Below are positions 57,614-64,000 of a stretch of DNA of 64,000 bases, piece by piece. The notes beneath the pieces were generated by a model. That model had not been told where the DNA came from and made no database searches. It was given only the letters and a program-made list of their open reading frames with translations. The position numbers and the translations under genes are program-made. Every line of letters begins with the position of its first letter. Position 1 is the stretch's first letter. This stretch comes from a virus (taxonomy: Duplodnaviria; Caudoviricetes). The stretch lies in IMG/VR virus record IMGVR_UViG_3300025840_004398. One strand, 5' to 3'.

Positions 57614-58612
57614 ATGGAATATGATGTATATTGTTCCACCGGAGGAGGTCCTTGGGTAAATGCAGGTACTGATACTTGGGTAAATCTATGGATGGAGTTA
57701 GTTGCTCCTCATTTAAAGGTAAAACCTATACTTTTATTACATAGAAACAAACCAAAAGGACACGAAGATTACCAATTTCCAATTGAAGCTCATTGGCATG
57801 GAGATAATATTGAAAAATTTGATGAATTGTGTAAAGGTGCTCGTAGAATAAACATATTACATGGTCATTATACTCCTATGAGATGTATTGTAGATAATAA
57901 AGACAAAATACACTCAAATGTAATTCATAATTCAGTAAATCACATAATAATGTCTCAAGTTGCAACCGATGCACCACGAGGATGGTATCCTTATTTGGAT
58001 TCTGCTTGGGAAAAGGATATAAATGAATGGGCTAAACATTCAATATGGATTGGTTTATTTAATATTCCTTACAAAAACAAAAATATTCGAAATTTTTATG
58101 AGTTTGAACATAACTTACCTTTAAGTAAATCAAATAAAATGGGATTTGCCTCAAGATGTGAGGGAAGAAAAAACCCCCACTTTTTAGATAAAAAAGATTG
58201 TTTTATTTTTACAAATTCAAGAGAGTTTAAGGTTATTTGGAAACAAGGAGCTGGTGTTGAATGTCATAATGCAAGAATATATCACTATGACTCTTCCTTT
58301 AAAGACAAATTTTGGAATATGGATTGGGGTATATCACATTCTTGTTTTGTAGCCGAACCATTTGGGTATGGAATTTTTCAGGCAGTAGATTATGGTAAAT
58401 TACCAATAATTCATAAGTTTTGGTGTAAAGATTTGGATTATCCATATAGAGCTCAAACTAAAAAAGAGTTTGATGATATTTATAATAAGTTAAGAGAAAC
58501 CCCTTACGAAGAAAAAAATAAGTGGTTTTTACATTTAAAACAATATATGATTGAAAATTTTACCAACAAAGATAAGTGGGTAGAAGAATTACTCAATATT
58601 TATAATGTATAG
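57614..58612 (+). CDS. GT-B fold glycosyltransferase (GT4-like)
   Basis: GG...AG..W N-terminus, ILHGHY, GFASR...RKN, AEPFGY.IFQAVDYG.LPII (E-x-F-G...G.P signature). Confidence 0.65.
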   Translation: MEYDVYCSTGGGPWVNAGTDTWVNLWMELVAPHLKVKPILLLHRNKPKGHEDYQFPIEAHWHGDNIEKFDELCKGARRINILHGHYTPMRCIVDNKDKIHSNVIHNSVNHIIMSQVATDAPRGWYPYLDSAWEKDINEWAKHSIWIGLFNIPYKNKNIRNFYEFEHNLPLSKSNKMGFASRCEGRKNPHFLDKKDCFIFTNSREFKVIWKQGAGVECHNARIYHYDSSFKDKFWNMDWGISHSCFVAEPFGYGIFQAVDYGKLPIIHKFWCKDLDYPYRAQTKKEFDDIYNKLRETPYEEKNKWFLHLKQYMIENFTNKDKWVEELLNIYNV

Positions 58613-58621
58613 GAGAATAAT

Positions 58622-59929
58622 ATGGCAAGAAGTTCAGGAGATACTTTATCATTAAACAATTTAGCAGGAGCATTGGGTGAAACTCAAAACTCAAATGTAT
58701 CTTTAAACACATTAAATGGTAGTGCTAATTCCACTGTATCAATAGACCAATATGGAATTGATTCGGTTGGTTCAATTAGTGGTTATCGTTACTTAGTAGA
58801 GGGAGATGGTGACCAATATACTTTAACATTTGTTGAAGCAGGAACTAAGCATGTAAATATAGCCAATCAAACCGCAAATTTTACTTGGACAGTTCAAGCC
58901 GGTTCTTATTTATCAAAGTCAGGTGCTGGTGATAAAACACAGACATTTGTAGCATCAGATATGAATCCACAATCTCCAAGTGCACAAACTGTATTACAAA
59001 CAGTTAGAGATAACACAATAAGAGTGGTTTATAATGATGGATTTAATGACCATGCTACAAACTACAATACAAATGTAGATAAAACAGTAACTGCTGTTGA
59101 CTCATATGATGGTAACGCAACTGCTTTATGTCTACGTTCTGACTCTCCTATTACAAAAGCAGACGGAACAATTGTACAAATTGGAGATTTGGAAGAAGGA
59201 GATTTCTTACAAGGATTTCAAATAAACAATTTACAAAAAGATACAGATGGACAAAGTAATTTCTTAAATTGGAATGAAGATAATTTAGAAGTTACTCCAG
59301 TTGAAGTAGAAGTAAAAAATGTTGTATATTCATTTTCTAATAAAATTTACAATATAAATGAAGGTGAAGTTAGAGCAACGATTGAACATCCGTTTTTAGT
59401 AAAAGATGTAAATGGTAAATTTAGATTTTTAGAAACAAGAAGATTAATGATTGGTGATAGCCTCATCAAATATACCGAAAGTGGTACTGAAGAAATTGAA
59501 ATAAATTCTATTGAAATAGAAACAGAAGATGTGGAGATTGTATCTATTGACGTTGCTGAACAAGATACTTATTTGGTTAACGGATATATAACTCACAACA
59601 AATCAGGAGATTCACATACTGATTTAGGTGCACCTTCTACCGTTAGTGGTTTATCATTCTCTGACCCTAACTTAACTTGGACTGCGGTTAGTGGAGCATC
59701 TTCTTACAGAATTGAAATAGATGATGCATCAAACTTCTCATCACCTAATACTACATATACTGAGTGGAGTACTAATTCAATTCGATTGGGTCGTTCTTTC
59801 AATGCAAGTACTGAAAACATTTCACCAGTAGCATTAGCAGCAGGAACTTGGTATGTTAGAATCAAAGCGATTGACCACGGACTATTATCAACAAACTGGT
59901 CATCTACTATAACATTATCAATAACATAA
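58622..59929 (+). CDS. Virion-associated protein with an internal Hint (intein-like) domain and a C-terminal FN3-like domain
   Basis: CL (aa 170), ATIEHPF block B, TY.VNG.ITHN (aa 326), then LTWTAVSGASSYRIEID...WYVRIKA. Confidence 0.85.
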   Translation: MARSSGDTLSLNNLAGALGETQNSNVSLNTLNGSANSTVSIDQYGIDSVGSISGYRYLVEGDGDQYTLTFVEAGTKHVNIANQTANFTWTVQAGSYLSKSGAGDKTQTFVASDMNPQSPSAQTVLQTVRDNTIRVVYNDGFNDHATNYNTNVDKTVTAVDSYDGNATALCLRSDSPITKADGTIVQIGDLEEGDFLQGFQINNLQKDTDGQSNFLNWNEDNLEVTPVEVEVKNVVYSFSNKIYNINEGEVRATIEHPFLVKDVNGKFRFLETRRLMIGDSLIKYTESGTEEIEINSIEIETEDVEIVSIDVAEQDTYLVNGYITHNKSGDSHTDLGAPSTVSGLSFSDPNLTWTAVSGASSYRIEIDDASNFSSPNTTYTEWSTNSIRLGRSFNASTENISPVALAAGTWYVRIKAIDHGLLSTNWSSTITLSIT

Positions 59930-59955
59930 TATTTTTTACGTTTTGAAAAAATCTA

Positions 59956-59965
59956 TATATTTATA
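59956..59965 (+). promoter_or_regulatory. Putative late promoter box TATATTTATA
   Basis: Recurrent motif. Confidence 0.55.
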
Positions 59966-59998
59966 TATATAAATTAAAAACAATTAAAATTTTCAAAA

Positions 59999-60292
59999 AT
60001 GGCAGAAACAATTAAGTTTACAGAAGAAGAAATTCAATCAATCAATGAATTAAGGGTAGAAGTATCTAATGTATTTACACAATTAGGACAACTTCAAATT
60101 GAAAAACAAAGAAGAACTCAAGAAATTGAGGGTATTGAATCTCAGTTAATCCAAAAACATTCAGAACTTGCACAAAAAGAACGAGAATTGTTCAAAGGAT
60201 TGAACGAAAAATATGGAGATGGTAACTTTGACCCGGCAACAGGTGAATTCACTCCAACTCCAAAAGAAGAAACATCTGAAGTAGAAGGATAA
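59999..60292 (+). CDS. Small coiled-coil hypothetical protein (KYGDGNFDPATGEF)
   Basis: 97-aa ORF with typical codon usage. Confidence 0.75.
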   Translation: MAETIKFTEEEIQSINELRVEVSNVFTQLGQLQIEKQRRTQEIEGIESQLIQKHSELAQKERELFKGLNEKYGDGNFDPATGEFTPTPKEETSEVEG

Positions 60293-60316
60293 AAATAATC
60301 TTTCGATTTAGTTGGT

Positions 60317-60326
60317 TATACTTATA
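60317..60326 (+). promoter_or_regulatory. Putative late promoter box variant TATACTTATA, with AGGAG at 60355-60359
   Basis: Variant motif upstream of the sheath gene. Confidence 0.55.
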
Positions 60327-60368
60327 TAAGAGTATATTATACAAAAAATTAACAAGGAGTAATATAAA

Positions 60369-62669
60369 ATGGCAGAAAAAATTGTATCACCTGGTGTATT
60401 TACGAGAGAAAATGACCTTTCTTTCTTATCACAAGGGATTGGTGAAATAGGAGCAGCAGTAATTGGACCTTTCCATAAAGGACCTGCTTTCGTACCAACC
60501 GTTGTTAATACACAATCAGAATTCGAAGAAATATTCGGAACACCTGATGGTTCTTACTATACAGGATACACCGTACAAAATTATTTAAGAGAAGCTGGAA
60601 CTGTAACTATCGTTCGTGTTGGACACATCGGTGGTTATACTCATGTTGACCCTATTGCTATTAAAGTACAAGAAAGTGGTTCTGGTGCTATTAAAGTAGT
60701 AGGTTCTCTTTTCGTAACTCATAATGGAGATGAGTCGGTAGGTTTACCATCTACTACTCTTTCTGCACAACCAAGTGCATCTGCATTCTCAATTAGTGGT
60801 TCGGCTTTAGGAACCGCAGTATCAGCATCTATCTTACCATCTGCAGCAAATGATTTATCCGATGTATTCGGTGAATCTGCTCGTGGTTCTAAAAATGCTT
60901 ATGTATACAAGTATTTTGAAAAAGCAGCAACAGACCAATCTTCTGTTTTAAATGCAGGTGGTCAAATTATTTTAGAAACTTTACCAGACCAAGACTTTGG
61001 ATATGATATTCAACACGCTACAACTCCTTGGATTAAATCTCAGTTGATATCAGGTGAAAGACATGACCTTTTCCGTTTCCATACTTTAGGTGATGGTGGA
61101 AACTATAACAAAGAATACAAAATTGGTGTATTTAATGTAAAAGCTGCAGGAGAATCTAATGCTACTGATTATGCAACATTCTCTATCGTAGTTCGTGGAT
61201 ACTCTGATATTGATAAAAGACCAGTTATTCTTGAAACTTGGAATAACTTAAACTTAGACCCAGCTTCACCAAACTACATTAAGAAAAGAATTGGTGATAT
61301 GAACCTTACTATTGATGCAAATGGTAAACAAACTTTAAATGGTGATTATAAAAATAACTCTAAGTTTGTTAGAGTAGAATGTTCTACTGAGGGTTCATTC
61401 CCTATCGTTGCAGGACCATTTGGACACGCTGAATATCAAAACCCAATTTCAGTTGCAACTGGTTCAGAAGTACCTGCGGTAGTGTTCCAAACAGATTCAG
61501 ATTCAAATACTGCATCTAATGGAACTTCTTATAGTGGTATTGAATTAGAAACTGCAGTAACTAAGATTGATAATTCTCACTATCTATCTCCAATTCCTAC
61601 AAATGCTGGAACTGGTTCTAACGTAGTATTTGCATTTGACTCTCAACTGTCTTATGAACTAACAGGTTCGGCAGCGGTAGATGTTAATAAGAGACAATTT
61701 ATTATAGGATTCCAAGGTGGATTTGATGGTGTATCACCAACAACTGCAATATCTTTAGGAACTGATATTTCTTCAGGTAACTCACAAGGATTCAGCTTAA
61801 CAAGTTCAACATCTAGTGGTTCAGTTGCTTATGTAAAAGCAATTAACGCAGTATCTAACCCAGATGATTTCGATATCAACTTGGTATCTACACCTGGTAT
61901 TATTAGACAACATCACTCTTATGTGTTTGATAAAGTAGTTGATATGGTAGAAGCTAGAGAAGATGCATTCTTCATCGGTGATGTAGTTGATGCATCAGCA
62001 ACTATTTCAGATGCAGTTAACCAAGGTTCTAATGTTGATTCTAACTACGTTGGTACTTATTACCCATGGGTTAAAACAATCGATTCAAGAACAAATAAAC
62101 TAACTTCAGTTCCACCATCAGTATTGATGCCAGGAATTTACGCTGAAAACGATGCAGTTGCAGCTGAATGGTTTGCACCAGCAGGTTTAAATAGAGGTGG
62201 TATCACAGGAGCAGTTTCTGTACTAAACAGATTAACACACGCTGAAAGAGATACACTATATGAAGGAAAGATTAACCCAATCGCACAATTCCCTGGTGAA
62301 GGTATCGTTGCATTCGGACAGAAAACTCTACAAGATAGAGCATCTGCTTTAGATAGAATCAACGTAAGAAGATTGTTAATCAAAGTTAAGAAATACATCG
62401 CATCTACATCAAGATACCTTGTATTCGAACAAAACACGGCTACAACTCGTTCTAAGTTCTTAAATACAGTAAACCCATATTTGGAATCAATCCAACAAAG
62501 ACAAGGTTTATATGCATTTAGAGTAGTAATGGATGAAACTAATAACACACCAGATGTAATCGACAGAAACATCTTAGCAGGAGCTATTTACTTACAACCT
62601 ACTAAGACTGCTGAATTCATTGTAATTGATTTCAACATTTTACCAACTGGAGCAGCGTTCACGGCTTAA
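60369..62669 (+). CDS. gp18: Contractile tail sheath protein (T4 gp18-like)
   Basis: SPGVFTRE.DLS, GPF.KGPAF.PT, WFAPAGLNRG, INPI..FPG.G...FGQKTL...SALDRINVRRL. Confidence 0.95.
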   Translation: MAEKIVSPGVFTRENDLSFLSQGIGEIGAAVIGPFHKGPAFVPTVVNTQSEFEEIFGTPDGSYYTGYTVQNYLREAGTVTIVRVGHIGGYTHVDPIAIKVQESGSGAIKVVGSLFVTHNGDESVGLPSTTLSAQPSASAFSISGSALGTAVSASILPSAANDLSDVFGESARGSKNAYVYKYFEKAATDQSSVLNAGGQIILETLPDQDFGYDIQHATTPWIKSQLISGERHDLFRFHTLGDGGNYNKEYKIGVFNVKAAGESNATDYATFSIVVRGYSDIDKRPVILETWNNLNLDPASPNYIKKRIGDMNLTIDANGKQTLNGDYKNNSKFVRVECSTEGSFPIVAGPFGHAEYQNPISVATGSEVPAVVFQTDSDSNTASNGTSYSGIELETAVTKIDNSHYLSPIPTNAGTGSNVVFAFDSQLSYELTGSAAVDVNKRQFIIGFQGGFDGVSPTTAISLGTDISSGNSQGFSLTSSTSSGSVAYVKAINAVSNPDDFDINLVSTPGIIRQHHSYVFDKVVDMVEAREDAFFIGDVVDASATISDAVNQGSNVDSNYVGTYYPWVKTIDSRTNKLTSVPPSVLMPGIYAENDAVAAEWFAPAGLNRGGITGAVSVLNRLTHAERDTLYEGKINPIAQFPGEGIVAFGQKTLQDRASALDRINVRRLLIKVKKYIASTSRYLVFEQNTATTRSKFLNTVNPYLESIQQRQGLYAFRVVMDETNNTPDVIDRNILAGAIYLQPTKTAEFIVIDFNILPTGAAFTA

Positions 62670-62691
62670 TAAATAAAAAATAAAAAGAATC

Positions 62692-62701
62692 TATATTTAT
62701 A
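62692..62701 (+). promoter_or_regulatory. Putative late promoter box TATATTTATA, with AGGAG at 62711-62715
   Basis: Recurrent motif upstream of the tube gene. Confidence 0.6.
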
Positions 62702-62724
62702 GTAGTATAAAGGAGAAATAAAAA

Positions 62725-63213
62725 ATGGCAGAAGTATTAGAATTCAACGATATGTTCTACACCAACTTCGAACCGAAGATGAAGAACAGATACATCATGG
62801 AAATTGATGGTATCCAGTCTTATCTTATTAAAACTGCAAATAGACCTTCTATTCAGTTCGAAACTGTAACCTTAGACCATATCAACGTTAAGAGAAAACT
62901 CAAAGGTAAAGGTGAGTGGCAAGATATCGAAATCACTCTATATGACCCAATCGTACCGAGTGGGGCACAACAAGTGATGGAATGGGTAAGAACTTCTCAC
63001 GAATCTTTAACAGGTAGAGATGGATATGCAGATTTTTATAAGAAAGATATTCAAATCTATATGTTAGGACCTGTTGGTGATAAAATTGAACAATGGACTC
63101 TTAAAGGTGCATTTATCAACAACGCAGTATTTAACGATTTAGATTGGGCATCTAATGACCCTTCAGAAATTAGTTTAACACTTTCTTATGATTACGCAAT
63201 TTTAGAATACTAA
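62725..63213 (+). CDS. gp19: Tail tube protein (T4 gp19-like)
   Basis: Follows the sheath; RP....ETV, W.DI.ITLYD, W.L.GAF, L.YDYA. Confidence 0.9.
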   Translation: MAEVLEFNDMFYTNFEPKMKNRYIMEIDGIQSYLIKTANRPSIQFETVTLDHINVKRKLKGKGEWQDIEITLYDPIVPSGAQQVMEWVRTSHESLTGRDGYADFYKKDIQIYMLGPVGDKIEQWTLKGAFINNAVFNDLDWASNDPSEISLTLSYDYAILEY

Positions 63214-63241
63214 TACTACAATATACTTTTGATACTTCCAT

Positions 63242-63274
63242 AAAAGGTTCTCTTAGTGAGAACCTTTTTTTTTT
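63242..63274 (+). terminator. Rho-independent terminator after the tube gene
   Basis: AAAAGGTTCTC-TTAGT-GAGAACCTTTT plus a long T-tract. Confidence 0.93.
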
Positions 63275-63291
63275 CAACTTTTTTAAACTTA

Positions 63292-63301
63292 TATATTTAT
63301 A
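63292..63301 (+). promoter_or_regulatory. Putative late promoter box TATATTTATA
   Basis: Recurrent motif after a terminator. Confidence 0.6.
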
Positions 63302-63323
63302 TACAAACATTAAAACTTAGTTT

Positions 63324-64000
63324 ATGGCAAATAATGATTTTCCAACGGAAGTGATAGAGCTTCCCTCTCAAGGAAAAGTATATCCTGAGGGACACCCGTT
63401 ATCAAAGGGTACGGTGGAGATAAAGTATATGACGGCTCGTGAAGAGGATATACTTGCTTCCCAAAATTTGATAAGAAGGGGGGTGGTACTTGATAAGTTG
63501 TTCGAATCTGTTGTAGTAGAAGAAGGTTTAGACATTGGTGATATTTTCATTGGTGATAAAAACGCTATTTTACTTGCAACTCGTGTTCTCGGTTATGGTA
63601 AAGACTATCAGGTCGAGGTAACTGACCCATTCACATTAGAACCCCAAAAAGTAACAATTGATTTATCAAAGGTTCAAACTAAAGATATTGACTTTGATAA
63701 ACTTAATAAAGAAAATAGATACGAATACACACTACCAACATCAGGTAAAAAAGTTGTTCTTAAATTATTAACTCATAAAGATGAGATTGATATTAATGCT
63801 GAAATTCAAGCACTACAAAGATTAACTGACAAAAAATCAGATGGACCTTCTCAAGACCTCTCAACACGAATGAGATATATGGTTGTTGAAATAGATGGTA
63901 ATACTGATAGAGGATTCATTAACAACTATGTTAAGAATAACTTGTTAGCAAGAGATTCTCGTGCTATTAGAAACTATATTAAAGAAATAAGTCCTGATTT
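63324..64000 (+). CDS. Baseplate hub assembly protein (T4 gp26-like), 3'-truncated by the window end; not in the ORF track
   Basis: MANNDFPTEVIELPSQGKVYP...VEIKYMTAREEDIL...GDK.AILLATR.LGYG; frame open to the window end. Confidence 0.8.
   Translation, partial: MANNDFPTEVIELPSQGKVYPEGHPLSKGTVEIKYMTAREEDILASQNLIRRGVVLDKLFESVVVEEGLDIGDIFIGDKNAILLATRVLGYGKDYQVEVTDPFTLEPQKVTIDLSKVQTKDIDFDKLNKENRYEYTLPTSGKKVVLKLLTHKDEIDINAEIQALQRLTDKKSDGPSQDLSTRMRYMVVEIDGNTDRGFINNYVKNNLLARDSRAIRNYIKEISPD

Noticed and set aside
59129-59599. Mobile intein or homing element
   Set aside because: Only 157 aa, no LAGLIDADG or HNH insert, and no +1 nucleophile; treated as a domesticated Hint domain
572-63550. Numerous minus-strand and alternate-frame ORFs in the supplied track (for example 12340-12816, 21288-21560, 33249-33659, 34404-34877, 36081-36800, 49637-50086, 62138-62572)
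   Set aside because: They lie wholly inside strong + strand genes, have low-complexity Ser/Phe/Val compositions expected as shadows of biased codons, and lack RBS or motifs
1-64000. Stop-codon reassignment as in some large phages
   Set aside because: Known proteins are full length under the standard code, and TAA, TAG and TGA all terminate genes
1-64000. tRNA or rRNA genes
   Set aside because: Intergenic gaps are short and AT-rich, and I saw no cloverleaf or T-loop (GTTCGA) signatures in them

Overview
AT-rich, standard-code window of a large T4-like (myovirus, probably jumbo) bacteriophage genome, with essentially all real genes on the + strand. Order: (1) end of a nucleotide-sugar cluster (three SDR epimerases/reductases, an RmlC-type epimerase and a split ThDP-dependent E1-alpha/E1-beta pair; 1-4137); (2) a 1119-aa multidomain protein with an HxGH nucleotidyltransferase and a ligase-like KxDG domain; (3) an overlapping membrane-protein pair, then terminase and portal; (4) a head cluster with prohead protease, many small basic proteins carrying Glu-terminated N-terminal tags, a polyprotein punctuated by ESVNE linkers, ribosomal protein bS21, scaffold and major capsid protein; (5) neck gp13/14/15-like genes; (6) about 30 kb of mosaic, repeat-rich fibre/adhesin genes with S74 chaperones, a thioredoxin, a GT-B glycosyltransferase and a Hint-domain protein; (7) tail sheath, tail tube and a truncated gp26-like baseplate gene. 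A TAT(A)(T/C)TTATA box precedes most transcription units and many late genes have AGGAG Shine-Dalgarno sites. A Bacteroidota host is inferred (bS21, a signal peptide ending before Gln), not shown. All family assignments come from motif recognition by eye; no database search was run. The best candidates for undescribed biology are the protease-tagged or polyprotein capsid cargo system, bS21-linked reprogramming of translation initiation, and a possible virion glycosylation pathway using a C-branched sugar.
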